Below are positions 18,307-28,454 of a stretch of 47,140 nt of DNA, one piece after another. The DNA is taken from positions 1 through 47,140 of the forward strand of contig CAJONT010000086.1 in the NCBI GenBank assembly GCA_905235975.1. The letters are read 5' to 3'. The translations under genes were made by a program, and so were the position numbers. The notes beneath the pieces are model-generated. The model was given only the letters and a program-made list of their open reading frames with translations, did not search any database and was not told the origin of the DNA. Numbering within the stretch: the stretch's first letter is position 1; each line of letters begins with the position of its first letter. Origin of the DNA: an uncultured Prevotella sp. (GTDB lineage Bacteria > Bacteroidota > Bacteroidia > Bacteroidales > Bacteroidaceae).

Positions 18307-19247
18307 ATCATTCTCAGATAATAATATACCAATTTCAGCCTGCGTTTCATGCTCAGGTTGAGTTCGCTTGCCACCTGCCACACGTTGGCCTGGTCATATC
18401 GGCCTTCACTGAACAATTTCTTTGTCTCGGCTATCAGGGTTTTGTCGCCCGACTCTATACTCTTTTGGTAGGTGATGACCGACAAGTAGTAGAAGAAGTG
18501 GGCTAAGTAGACTTTGTATCGCGGGTCGTCTTTCAGGTGGTTGTTCACGATGTGGAACTGCTTGAACACATCGAGAATACGCTTGTCGGTTGTCTGCATG
18601 ATAGAGCCGGGACGCTGGAAATAGTAGTAAATCTCTCCTTGGAGATGTATCACGGGAAAGTCGTCTTTGGCAAAGAGGGTGATGAGCGGGATGTCTTCGT
18701 AGAATCCTTGGCTGAACCGGAACCCATTGAGGATGTCGGCCCTGAATATTCTGGTCTGTGCGGCATATAGTCCCTCGTACAGAAGCAGGTGTCGTGTGAG
18801 GCTCTCGCAGGTGAGAACCTCGCCGGGCTTGAAACCGCGGGTCACTGACATGACGTCTTTTCTGCCGCCTTCGTATGTCTTTATGAGGTCTACCATGACC
18901 ACACCTGCCTCTGGTTTCGCTTCGATGGCTTTGCAGATGCGTGACAGGGCATCAGGGGCTATCCAGTCGTCGCTGTCGATGCACCATATATAGTCGCCAG
19001 TGGCTTCTGCCAAGCCTGTGTTTCGGGCGCCGCCGAGTCCTCTGTTTTCTTGGGTAATGACTTTGAAGTGACTGCGGCCGGCATATTCGTTGAGAATGTC
19101 TCCGCTATCGTCGGTGCTCCCGTCGTTGACGCAGATCACCTCATAGTGGTCGTAATCCTGAACGGACAGACTGTCGAGACAGCGCCGCAGGTAACGGCTC
19201 ACGTTGTACACTGGCACGATGAGTGAGAACTTCGGACCTTTCCCCAT
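18303..19247 (-). CDS. Glycosyltransferase family 2
   Basis: SLIVPVYNV, VNDGSTD, ARNTG, IDSDD, YEDI. Confidence 0.93.
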   Translation of the reverse strand: MGKGPKFSLIVPVYNVSRYLRRCLDSLSVQDYDHYEVICVNDGSTDDSGDILNEYAGRSHFKVITQENRGLGGARNTGLAEATGDYIWCIDSDDWIAPDALSRICKAIEAKPEAGVVMVDLIKTYEGGRKDVMSVTRGFKPGEVLTCESLTRHLLLYEGLYAAQTRIFRADILNGFRFSQGFYEDIPLITLFAKDDFPVIHLQGEIYYYFQRPGSIMQTTDKRILDVFKQFHIVNNHLKDDPRYKVYLAHFFYYLSVITYQKSIESGDKTLIAETKKLFSEGRYDQANVWQVASELNLSMKRRLKLVYYYLRMI

Positions 19248-19252
19248 TCAGA

Positions 19253-19978
19253 TTACACTTTTTTGAATAGATGTCTCAGTCTCTCTCCAGTGAAGAGAGG
19301 CGGGAACACAATGGCGGCCTTGGCATACCGGCTCCGTGTGTGTGGTTCTTTGTACATACGGTATAGGAAGCGCAGGTTGTAACGGTCTATCCATTCGGGA
19401 TAGTAGTCCTTTCCACCGCACAACTGGTGAATGAACCCTCCGCAGGTGAAGGCGATACCGGTAAATCCTTGTGCTTTCATGTATAGCAGCATCTTCTCCT
19501 GCAGCAGGGTGCCCATTCCCACGATGAGATAGTCCGGGGCAATGTCAGTGATGTGGTGAGCCTCGTCTTTCATCTCGTTGGCGGAGGTGAAGTATCCGTT
19601 GCGCCAATAGGTGATGTAGAGGTTGGGATATTGTGCTCTCAGAATGACCACCGCCTGTTTCACCTCTTCCTGTTTGCTTGCCACAATTGCAATGCGCTTA
19701 CTGTTCTTTTCCGCATGGCTGAAGAGGGATGGCGCAAGTGATGTCATGTCGAAACTGCGGCGCTTGGGCGTCTTGCCATACAGCAGCCGAATGCTCTTTA
19801 CGAGAAGCGCCCCGTCGGCAAAGATGCCGTCGAAAGTCTCAAACACTGTGCGCTCTTTCATGGCACTCAGATAGGACACGGGGTTGAGAAAGGTGTAGAT
19901 GCGACCTTCCTGCTCGAGTATCTCCTCGGTGGAAAGCGTATCGCTCTGAATGATTTTCTCTACCAGTGGCGGACGCAT
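19253..19978 (-). CDS. WecB/TagA/CpsF (GT26) glycosyltransferase
   Basis: FADG, RNGYF, IVGMGTLLQE, CGGF, LRFLYRMYKEP. Confidence 0.88.
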   Translation of the reverse strand: MRPPLVEKIIQSDTLSTEEILEQEGRIYTFLNPVSYLSAMKERTVFETFDGIFADGALLVKSIRLLYGKTPKRRSFDMTSLAPSLFSHAEKNSKRIAIVASKQEEVKQAVVILRAQYPNLYITYWRNGYFTSANEMKDEAHHITDIAPDYLIVGMGTLLQEKMLLYMKAQGFTGIAFTCGGFIHQLCGGKDYYPEWIDRYNLRFLYRMYKEPHTRSRYAKAAIVFPPLFTGERLRHLFKKV

Positions 19979-19979
19979 G

Positions 19980-20978
19980 TCAGTTCAGGTCTTTCAAGAG
20001 TTGCAGATAGGCTTCCTTGAACTTCTCGAAGGTATAGTGCTCTTCGTAGATAAGCCTGCTTTCTGCCGACATCCCGAGGTATCGTTCGTTGTTGATTTCC
20101 GCCAAACTGTTGAGGGTAGTCACAAGGTCTTCCCAATCGTCCACTACAATGGCATTTCGGCCTTCTATGGCAATCTCTGTATTGCCTCCCACATCGTTGC
20201 ATACAATGGGCATACCGCACATGGCCGACTCGATAAGCGTGATAGGCAGTCCCTCGTGTTTGGAGAAAAGGAGGGTGTAGTCGCATTTCTGCATCAGAGA
20301 GGGTATGTCGCTCACATAGCCCATGGCGATAAATTGGTTGCTGCCTGCCGTGACCTCTATCAGTTGCTCCAACAGGGGTCCGTCGCCAGCAAAGAATATC
20401 TTGATGTGGCTGTCTAACCTTCCTTTCAGCTTTTGCACTATTTCAGGCTGCCGTTTCACTTCATTGATGCGGGCAGGGTAGAGCAGGGTGAGTTGGCCGG
20501 GGGTGGGTTCTTTGTGTACGGGCGGATGCAAATCGGCCACGCAGTTGTGTATCTTGTGTATGTGTGACAGTGGAACCTTGAAGTAGCCGGTCAGGTTCTC
20601 TGTACAGCGGTCGGATATCGATACCACCGTTTTAGGCATGATGGTGAGGCGGCGCAGGTTATGGAAGATGTTGTGATGGATGTACACAATCTTAATGCGT
20701 TGCAAAAGCAGGAGGTTGAGCAGCCAGAACATCAACAGGTATTTCCGCTCATGAACAATCACAATGGAGTGGTAGAACATGAAAGGATTGCGTAGACGTC
20801 TGTATTCCGACTGGCTGATGCTCAGGTTCTTATGTATCCGCTCAAAAGGAATCGTGCCCACCACGTATGCCTCATAGTCGTCGCGTATGGCATGGTGAAT
20901 GTCAAGCAACACCTTTTGCACACCTGTCATCTTGAACAGGGTGGCATTGAAGGAATAAATACGTTGTCGGTGGCTCAT
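19980..20978 (-). CDS. Glycosyltransferase family 4
   Basis: AGDGPL, SKHEGLPITLIESAMCGMPIVCNDVGG (EX7E). Confidence 0.92.
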   Translation of the reverse strand: MSHRQRIYSFNATLFKMTGVQKVLLDIHHAIRDDYEAYVVGTIPFERIHKNLSISQSEYRRLRNPFMFYHSIVIVHERKYLLMFWLLNLLLLQRIKIVYIHHNIFHNLRRLTIMPKTVVSISDRCTENLTGYFKVPLSHIHKIHNCVADLHPPVHKEPTPGQLTLLYPARINEVKRQPEIVQKLKGRLDSHIKIFFAGDGPLLEQLIEVTAGSNQFIAMGYVSDIPSLMQKCDYTLLFSKHEGLPITLIESAMCGMPIVCNDVGGNTEIAIEGRNAIVVDDWEDLVTTLNSLAEINNERYLGMSAESRLIYEEHYTFEKFKEAYLQLLKDLN

Positions 20979-22441
20979 CAGTAGGCTCTCTCGTCGTGGC
21001 GGAAGAAGGAGACAAAGGTCTTGAAGATAATCTTGATGTCAAGCCAGAAGGTCCAATGCTCAATATACCAGATGTCTTTCTTGATGCGCTCCTCCATCTC
21101 ACTCACATCTTTGGTCTCCCCCCTGTATCCATTAATTTGGGCATAGCCGGTGATGCCGGGACGGCTGAAATGTCGTACCATATACTGGTCGATGATGCGG
21201 CCATACTCTTCTGTATGCTTCAGCATGTGCGGACGGGGTCCCACAACGCTCATGTCACCCTTTAACACATTGTAGAACTGAGGAAGTTCATCGATGTTAT
21301 TGCGGCGGATGAAGTCGCCGAAGGGGAACTTGCGCGGGTCGTCCATCGTGGCCTGCACGATGTCCGCATCCTTGTTCACGTGCATCGACCGGAACTTGTA
21401 GCATACAAAAGTCTTGCCGTTCAGTCCCGTACGGTCTTGCCTGAAAAAGCCGGGACCCGGACTCTCCTTCTTTATCTTCCAGATGATGAAGGGGGTGATG
21501 GGGAGGAGCAGGAGGCAGGCAATGCTGCTGAACAGGATGTCGAACGCACGCTTGGCAGCCTTGCTGAGCGGACGCGACAGCGGTTCGTAGTAATTGGTGA
21601 AGACGATGCTGTCGCCAAGGCGTTCCGGACGAAGATTTAACTGATAGTTGCCGAAGGTGCGCGGTACATAGTAGAAATGTACCACATTCTGGGAACAGAA
21701 TTTCATTATCTTCACAATCTCATCGTAGTCACTGTGCGACAGACTGCAGAATACCTCGTCGAGAGGGGAAATGTTGAGCTCGCGCAGCCGGCGTTTCTTG
21801 TGGGTGGTGTCTACCTCTTTTGCGGTGAGAGAGTAACTCGCCATCATGGTGTTCAAGTCGTCTATGTTGCCGAGAAAAGGTATCTCGTCAGGACGGTCGG
21901 CTATGGCTTCATCGGCATAATAGCCGCGTACCTTGTAGCCTGTCGATGAGTCGGACATGAGCTTGTGGTAAAGCTCAGACAACGAAGGGTCGTTGCCTAT
22001 GAAGATGATGCTGCGGGTGTTCTTGCCGGCCAGGCGGAACCTGGCTATCATGTGTCTTTCCGCCAGTCGTGAGAGCAGTATGAGCAGAATCTCCGTTAGT
22101 CCGAATGTCATGCCGTACTTGAAGAACCCTCCCCCGTCGCACAGCAGACGTAGAATGAACATCATGAGTGCTATGTGTAAGATGCACAACCTGAGTACGC
22201 AGGAGAACAGTTCTTCGAAACTTGTACGGCGCTTGTGGATGATAGTGCCCACAAACATCTGGGCCACGAACATCGACAAGATGGCCATAATGAAGACGAT
22301 CTTTGGCTCTTTCCTGAAAAACGGGGGCAGTAGGTCGGGCAAGAATTTTGCAAAGACTATCAGAAGCACGATGAGAATGGCAAAGTCGCCTATGGTGACG
22401 GCTATTCTTATCAGCTCATTCCCTGTGGTGTATTTCTTCAT
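20978..22441 (-). CDS. Undecaprenyl-phosphate sugar-1-phosphate transferase (WcaJ-like priming GT)
   Basis: N-terminal TMs; KRAFD, KFRSM, DELPQFYNVLKGDMSVVGPRP, PGITGYAQING, DIWYI. Confidence 0.93.
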   Translation of the reverse strand: MKKYTTGNELIRIAVTIGDFAILIVLLIVFAKFLPDLLPPFFRKEPKIVFIMAILSMFVAQMFVGTIIHKRRTSFEELFSCVLRLCILHIALMMFILRLLCDGGGFFKYGMTFGLTEILLILLSRLAERHMIARFRLAGKNTRSIIFIGNDPSLSELYHKLMSDSSTGYKVRGYYADEAIADRPDEIPFLGNIDDLNTMMASYSLTAKEVDTTHKKRRLRELNISPLDEVFCSLSHSDYDEIVKIMKFCSQNVVHFYYVPRTFGNYQLNLRPERLGDSIVFTNYYEPLSRPLSKAAKRAFDILFSSIACLLLLPITPFIIWKIKKESPGPGFFRQDRTGLNGKTFVCYKFRSMHVNKDADIVQATMDDPRKFPFGDFIRRNNIDELPQFYNVLKGDMSVVGPRPHMLKHTEEYGRIIDQYMVRHFSRPGITGYAQINGYRGETKDVSEMEERIKKDIWYIEHWTFWLDIKIIFKTFVSFFRHDERAY

Positions 22442-22474
22442 CCTTTGATTTCAGTGTGGCGAACCGGTCTGAAC

Positions 22475-24715
22475 TTAGAATTGTTCGTTGATTACCACCA
22501 ACGTGTAGGGCAGCAGGTTGTTCTCCTTGGCATTGTTCAGTACCTCAACGGCACGTTTGTCGGTGTTGCCTGGTTTCATCACCATCACGGCCACGTCGGC
22601 AAACTTGCCCAGAATCATGCTGTCGGGCACATCTTTCATGGCCACGGTGTCAATAACCACCTTCTCGAACTTGCCTTTCAATTGCTCCATCACACCATCG
22701 AGGCGTTTGTCGCAAACAAAGGCCACCAAGTCGTCGTTGCTCAGGGTGAGGGGTAGTGTCCACATGTTCTCCAAACGCTCCGACTGCCATGTAAGTTCTT
22801 CGGCCATGTGCCTTTCTGAGGGTTCAAGATAGAAGTTGATGTTGCGGCGCTCCTCCTCGCTTGTAGCCGTCCTTACTGCCATCAGCAGGGTCTTAGCCCC
22901 GGTCTTGGCGTAGTTCTCTGCAATGGCTGTGGCCACAAGGCTCTTGCCGTCGCCTTGGTTGTAGGAGGTTACCAGTACCGTGTTGCCTTGACTGCGGTTC
23001 AGGATAGAACGTACGATGGTGCGCATGTTGCCGAATTTCTGATTCTCAGAGAGCTTTCGGTCGGTACGCATCGAAACGATGGGGAAGGCGGAGCCAAGCA
23101 TGTTTCGCATCGTGTGGGTGTCGGCAATCTTTTTTGAGAGTTGCTCCTTGAAGAACACCCACAGCAGTGAGAGCAGAAGACCGATGAGCAATGCGACACC
23201 AAAAATCACTTTCTTCTTGGGCGATGTGGGCCATTGGGCAGAGTAGGGCTTGTTTATAATCTTGGCGTCTTCGGTGATTGCATCGAGTGCCATGGCTGTT
23301 GCCTCCATCTTCTGGAGAAGGTCGAGATAGATGCTCGACTTCGTGTCTTGCTGGCGAGTGATGTTCGTCATGATGCGCTCGTCGACGGGAGTCTTGGAGA
23401 TGCGCTGATTGTACTGGCCGGCCTTGCCGCTGAGTTTGTTCTTGGCAATGGCGGCTTGGTCGTAGGCATTCTTCAGGGCTATTTCCACACCCTTGAAACT
23501 GGCTTCCATCTGGTTTTTGAGGTTCCTCAACACAGGGTTGTTCTCAGAAGAACTGGTGGCCAGACGCTGATATTCTGCCACAAGCTGGTTGTAGCTGTTG
23601 ATGGTGCTTGCCAGGTTGGGGTCGGTGAGGCCTGTGGCACCAGGTATCGGGCTGCCAATGTTCTCAGGCTTGTGGATGTAGTCGCTCAGCGAGCTGATAC
23701 GCGTCATTTGGGTCTCGGCATCGAGGGCTTCCCTGCCGTAGCGTGCCTCTTCTTCCAGGCTGGTCTTCGTGTCGTCGTACATATTGGTTACGCCGGCACC
23801 GCGCTTATAGTCCTGCAACTGGTTGTCGGTGGCGTTCAGTTCTTTGCTGATGATGTCAATACGGTCCTTCAGGAAGTCGGAGGTGCGCATGGCAATCCGG
23901 TTCTTGTCGGCATTTGATTCGATGTTGTAGCATCTCACAAGTTCAGAGAGGAACTCAAGACCCATGGCTCTGTTTCGGCTGTTGTATTCCAGGTTCACAA
24001 TCGAGGTGCTGCGAGAGGTGTTCATGGCAGTGAGCTGCGTCACACACTGGCGTGCCTTGTCAGAGGGATTCATGATGGTAATGTGCAGTTTTTCGTCAAA
24101 GCGACGGAATGCATCCATGTTGCCCAGAAACTCCAAGTCGCCTGCAGGTGTGTTCACGATTTGAGGGAACTTATTTATGGCGGTTTCCTTCTCCCATGAT
24201 TCACCCTGATAGGTGGTCTTGATGTGTACACCGATGTTGTTGGTGGCATTTACTTCTAAGTCCATGGTGATGGGCGACGTAAGCTTTTCAAGGCTTGTCT
24301 CATTGATGTCTACCGTCACGGGGATGTCTTCATAGAGTTGTTTGCTGCGCAGGCTTCCGCCAGTGGTATAGACGGTGTATAGTTTCATCCTCATCACCAC
24401 TTTTTCTACAAGAGAGGGCGATTTGAGTTTCTCAATCTCGTTCTCAGTGTTTATCCAATCGTTCGCCGTGGTGAACATGTTGTCTTGCGAGAGACCGCTG
24501 TTCTTCGCACCGCCGCGTTGAGAGTCGTTGATGGTAATGGTAGCCTTCACTTTATAGGTGGAGGGGGTTACCAGTGAGTAGATGGCTGCTATAAGGAGAC
24601 ATGTGCCGCAAATGATGGCAATAGGCACCTTGTATGACCAGTACTTAAGCAACCAGCCTCTTAAGTCAAGATGCGATTGCCTTTCATCTAAGAAATCCAT
24701 TTCTATATCTTTCAT
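22475..24715 (-). CDS. wzc: Wzc-like polysaccharide co-polymerase / tyrosine autokinase (degenerate kinase domain)
   Basis: Two TMs flanking a coiled-coil periplasmic domain; Walker A TSYNQGDGKS; Walker B-like VVIDT; adjacent to wza. Confidence 0.82.
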   Translation of the reverse strand: MKDIEMDFLDERQSHLDLRGWLLKYWSYKVPIAIICGTCLLIAAIYSLVTPSTYKVKATITINDSQRGGAKNSGLSQDNMFTTANDWINTENEIEKLKSPSLVEKVVMRMKLYTVYTTGGSLRSKQLYEDIPVTVDINETSLEKLTSPITMDLEVNATNNIGVHIKTTYQGESWEKETAINKFPQIVNTPAGDLEFLGNMDAFRRFDEKLHITIMNPSDKARQCVTQLTAMNTSRSTSIVNLEYNSRNRAMGLEFLSELVRCYNIESNADKNRIAMRTSDFLKDRIDIISKELNATDNQLQDYKRGAGVTNMYDDTKTSLEEEARYGREALDAETQMTRISSLSDYIHKPENIGSPIPGATGLTDPNLASTINSYNQLVAEYQRLATSSSENNPVLRNLKNQMEASFKGVEIALKNAYDQAAIAKNKLSGKAGQYNQRISKTPVDERIMTNITRQQDTKSSIYLDLLQKMEATAMALDAITEDAKIINKPYSAQWPTSPKKKVIFGVALLIGLLLSLLWVFFKEQLSKKIADTHTMRNMLGSAFPIVSMRTDRKLSENQKFGNMRTIVRSILNRSQGNTVLVTSYNQGDGKSLVATAIAENYAKTGAKTLLMAVRTATSEEERRNINFYLEPSERHMAEELTWQSERLENMWTLPLTLSNDDLVAFVCDKRLDGVMEQLKGKFEKVVIDTVAMKDVPDSMILGKFADVAVMVMKPGNTDKRAVEVLNNAKENNLLPYTLVVINEQF

Positions 24716-24727
24716 GACGAGAAGGGT

Positions 24728-25519
24728 TTAATCGGTGATGTTTACGACCAATGCGGCAGCAGAAAGCAAGATAGAGGTAACAGAAAGCCAGATGGTGGTA
24801 GCAGAGCTGATGTTGGAACTCTTGGCTCGTGCCTTGTTGGGCTCTACATAAACAATGTCGTTCTGCTGCAGATAGTAGTAGGGCGAAGAGATGATGTCGC
24901 TTTGGGTAAGGTCGAGCTCCACGATGTTGCGTTTGCCGTCGTTACCCTCGCGTATCAGCTTCACATTGTCACGACGACCGTAGATGGTCATGTCGCCTGC
25001 GGCCGACAGTGCTTCGAAGATATTCACCTTGCCGGCTTCCGATGTATACTGGTTGGGGCGGTTCACTTCTCCCAGTACGGAATATTTGTAGTTGAGCCAA
25101 CTCATCGTCACGGTGGGAATCTCATTCTTGATATAGTCGGCCAGACGGTTGGTGATGAGTTGCTCCACTTCGTTCTTTGTCATGTTGAGCACCTTCATTT
25201 TGCCGATGACAGGGAATTTGATGTAGCCGTCATTGTCTACCTGATAGGGCAGCAGGGTAGGCTGTGTGACGGTGTAGCTCGAACCGATGCGGTTTGTGGT
25301 GGGATTCGACACGGTGAGGTTGAACGGAGATGCAATCTCTGGTTGTGAGCAGGTCACACTGATGGTGAGCAGGTCTTTCACTTTGATACGAGCATCGAAA
25401 TTGCTTGTGATGTCGGGGTTCTGCCCATTGTAATTTTCCAAATAGGCGATGTTTTCAGAACTGCAAGAGCACAGGAGTGCGATGCAGACGAACAGTGCAG
25501 GTAATAACTTGATTCTCAT
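24728..25519 (-). CDS. wza: Polysaccharide export lipoprotein (Wza/Poly_export)
   Basis: Lipobox LLCSC; VDNDGYIKFPVIG, VLGEVNRP, EALSAAGD, LQQNDIVYV. Confidence 0.92.
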   Translation of the reverse strand: MRIKLLPALFVCIALLCSCSSENIAYLENYNGQNPDITSNFDARIKVKDLLTISVTCSQPEIASPFNLTVSNPTTNRIGSSYTVTQPTLLPYQVDNDGYIKFPVIGKMKVLNMTKNEVEQLITNRLADYIKNEIPTVTMSWLNYKYSVLGEVNRPNQYTSEAGKVNIFEALSAAGDMTIYGRRDNVKLIREGNDGKRNIVELDLTQSDIISSPYYYLQQNDIVYVEPNKARAKSSNISSATTIWLSVTSILLSAAALVVNITD

Positions 25520-25540
25520 TTTTTTATGGTTTTATTTGTA

Positions 25541-26473
25541 TTAATGTTCATTGGTTCTTGTCATTTTCTTCATGTAGTAGGTGGCAATGTGTTTCGCCGT
25601 TGAGAGATACATGCTTGGAGTGGGGCGGGGACGCAGTGTCTGGGCATATCCGAAGAATGAGCCAAATTTATGGTGTCTCAGACAGAGAAATGCCAGTTCT
25701 TCCAGCTGTGTTTCCATCTCTTCCTTCAAGAATGGGTCTTTCTCCTTCGCATAGAGTTCGTTAAACACCTGAAGGTCGGTATGTATCTGTAGCTCACGGC
25801 TCATGCCACGGTACACGCCGCCGGCATGTGTGCGATAGGTGCCCATTACCTGGTCTATATAGTAACCCTTGCCTTGTTTCAGCAAGTAGTAGAACTGATG
25901 TACGTCGCGGTAATAGTGGAACATGTGCCACTGGTTGGGGTCGAGCATCTCTCGCCTGAATACCACGGAGAGCGTGTGGAAAAACCATCCCAGTTCAAGC
26001 TTCTTGCTGTAGTCGAACTCCATTCCTTTTGCCTGTCCGCACAATTGCGGGGGCTGTTCCAGTTTCTTGGTTTCCTCCTCAAGCACGGAACAGGCATGGC
26101 AGCACAGTGAGTAGTCGGCATGGCGTTCCAGTATGTCAACCTGACGCTGCAGTTTGTGGGGGTCGGTCCAGAAGTCATCGCCCTCACAAGTGGCAATGTA
26201 TTTGCCGCGGGCTCTTTTGTAGTTGTACTCCATGTCAATCTTGACACCTTTTGAGTACTGATTCTCTTTTTGTAGTATGGGGCTTATCAGACGAGGGTAT
26301 TTTTCGGCGTATTCTTTGATAATCTCTTGAGTGCCGTCGGTCGAGGCATCGTCGTGAATCAGCACTTCCATGGGGAAGGATGTCTGCTGTGTCACGATTC
26401 CGTCCAAGCACTGGCGGATGAACTTGGCCTGATTGTATGTGATAAGACTCACACTTAATAGTGGTTGATTCAT
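25541..26473 (-). CDS. Glycosyltransferase family 2
   Basis: ITYNQAKFI, HDDASTD, CEGDDFWTDPHKLQRQ. Confidence 0.92.
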   Translation of the reverse strand: MNQPLLSVSLITYNQAKFIRQCLDGIVTQQTSFPMEVLIHDDASTDGTQEIIKEYAEKYPRLISPILQKENQYSKGVKIDMEYNYKRARGKYIATCEGDDFWTDPHKLQRQVDILERHADYSLCCHACSVLEEETKKLEQPPQLCGQAKGMEFDYSKKLELGWFFHTLSVVFRREMLDPNQWHMFHYYRDVHQFYYLLKQGKGYYIDQVMGTYRTHAGGVYRGMSRELQIHTDLQVFNELYAKEKDPFLKEEMETQLEELAFLCLRHHKFGSFFGYAQTLRPRPTPSMYLSTAKHIATYYMKKMTRTNEH

Positions 26474-26475
26474 TT

Positions 26476-27930
26476 TTAGTCCTTTTGCTGGTTTCTGGAA
26501 GATTTTCCGATTTGCCCCTTGACTTTCTCCAGCATGAAGGTCAGTTCATTTGATTTGAACAACCGGCATATCAGGTAGAAGGCTGCCACACCCACAGCAA
26601 AGCCGCCAAATAGTTGGACGAAGTACGAGTCGCTCAACTGTTTCACGCCCTCTATGCAGCAGCACATCAGGAATGTGTAGAGTGCGGTGGGTGCCACAAG
26701 CACTATTTGGTTCCATAGTCCGATATGGATAATCTTGCCTGAATAGTAGGCATTGATACCCCACGAAATGTAGGAAGTCACTGCCAAACCTATGCACATC
26801 TCTTTCACTCCCATTGTTACCGTGATGAGCAGCGCGATGACGTCGATCACCTTCTTGATGAGTTCCAAGCGAAGGAACAGTTCGGAGAGCCCTTTCACCT
26901 GCAGCAGGTTCATGTTCAATGCATGTATCGGATACAGCACAAAGCCGCAGCACAGTATCTGAAGGTAAATGATGCAGGGTGCCCACTTCGCCGTAATCAT
27001 GAGGATGATTAGCGGTTTGGCCAGTACCGCGAATCCTGCCATCAAAGGGAAGAATATGAATGCGGACAGTTTGAACAGTATGCAGAACTGCCGGTTAAGG
27101 GTCTCATTATCTTCTTTTACCTTGCACAGCAAGGGAAAGGTCACACGGTCTATCACGCCGGAAAACGTGGTAGAGGGAAGCTTCACGTAATGGCTGGCAC
27201 GACTGAAGTACCCCAGTTCTATGGGAGAGAACATTTTGCCGATAATCAAGGGGTAAATGTTCTTCCAGGTCACGTCGATAAGCGATGATGCCAGCAGTTT
27301 GGAGCCGAATGTGAACATCTCCTTGAACGAACTGTGGGAGAATCTCCACCTTGGACGCCACTTGCCGTAATACCACATCAGTATGCAGTTGACCAGCGCG
27401 CCCACTACCCCCGACCAGGCAATAGACCATACACCGAAGCCGCAGAAAGCCATGGTGACGCCGGTGGCTCCCTGAATAAGGGCTGCCACAATCGTGATGT
27501 GTGCCTGTGTGCGGAAGTCCATCGCAATGCTGAACTTTGCACGCTGCACCAATATAGCCGAATTGATGACCAGCTGCAGGGCCACCACTTTGGTGAGAGG
27601 ACTCAGAATGGGCTCGTTGTAAAAATCGGCTATCAGCGGTGCACAGAGGCATAGCACAACGAAGAAAACCAGGGCCGTTGTGACGTTGAAAAAGAACACC
27701 GTGCAGAAATCATCGTCCGTACGGTTGCTCTTCTGCATCACGGCCTTGAAGAATCCGGCATCCATTATTACGGTAGAGATGGTGATAAACACCATGAGAA
27801 TGCCAATCAGGCCATAGTCCTTCGGGGTGAGGAGGCGGGCCATCAAGATGCCTACGAAAAACTGTATGCCTTGCGTGGCGATGTTCTCCAGAAAGTTCCA
27901 GGCAAAACTGGTTATTCTCTTGTCACTCAT
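26476..27930 (-). CDS. wzx: Wzx-type flippase (WzxC/PST family)
   Basis: Many TMs; MARLLTPKDYG, W.PRWRFS, FGSKLL, IIGKMFS..LGYF. Confidence 0.9.
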   Translation of the reverse strand: MSDKRITSFAWNFLENIATQGIQFFVGILMARLLTPKDYGLIGILMVFITISTVIMDAGFFKAVMQKSNRTDDDFCTVFFFNVTTALVFFVVLCLCAPLIADFYNEPILSPLTKVVALQLVINSAILVQRAKFSIAMDFRTQAHITIVAALIQGATGVTMAFCGFGVWSIAWSGVVGALVNCILMWYYGKWRPRWRFSHSSFKEMFTFGSKLLASSLIDVTWKNIYPLIIGKMFSPIELGYFSRASHYVKLPSTTFSGVIDRVTFPLLCKVKEDNETLNRQFCILFKLSAFIFFPLMAGFAVLAKPLIILMITAKWAPCIIYLQILCCGFVLYPIHALNMNLLQVKGLSELFLRLELIKKVIDVIALLITVTMGVKEMCIGLAVTSYISWGINAYYSGKIIHIGLWNQIVLVAPTALYTFLMCCCIEGVKQLSDSYFVQLFGGFAVGVAAFYLICRLFKSNELTFMLEKVKGQIGKSSRNQQKD

Positions 27931-27944
27931 CCGCTGTGCTATGT

Positions 27945-28454
27945 TCAGTTTTGTTCAGCTTGTGTGTATCGTATGTGACGGGCAGGGTTGCCGGCCACCA
28001 CTTCATTGGCCTCCACGTCTTTCACGACTACCGAGCCGGCGCCTATACAGGCATTGTCGCCGATGTGTATTCCGCCCAGGATGATGCATCCGGGACCAAT
28101 CGACACGTTGTTGCCAATGACAGGACGGGGACCTTTGCCGTCGAAACCCTTGCCGCCGATGGTCGTGTGGTGCCTTATCTTCACGTTGTTGCCTATCACC
28201 ACCTTGGGGCCTATCACCGTGCCGAAACCGCCATGGAAAATCTGGAAACCACCCCCTATCGTAGTGACATCCTTGAGCTGGATACGGAATATCCACTCCG
28301 ACAGTATCTTATAGTATAGCCTGACGGGGAATCCTATGATTCGCAGACTTCGGCTGCAGGTGAAATAATGACTCATCCTGAATGACAGGACGAGCAGCAG
28401 CGATAGCTTGTTGCCCCTGTTGGCTCGAATGTCTGTCTTAATGCTTGATGCCAT
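27945..28454 (-). CDS. Serine acetyltransferase-like (WcaB-type) polysaccharide O-acetyltransferase
   Basis: TIGGGFQIFHG, PVIGNNVSIG, IGAGSVVVKDV, AGNPAR; start probably ATG 28454 (ORF open to 28487). Confidence 0.85.
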   Translation of the reverse strand: MASSIKTDIRANRGNKLSLLLVLSFRMSHYFTCSRSLRIIGFPVRLYYKILSEWIFRIQLKDVTTIGGGFQIFHGGFGTVIGPKVVIGNNVKIRHHTTIGGKGFDGKGPRPVIGNNVSIGPGCIILGGIHIGDNACIGAGSVVVKDVEANEVVAGNPARHIRYTQAEQN

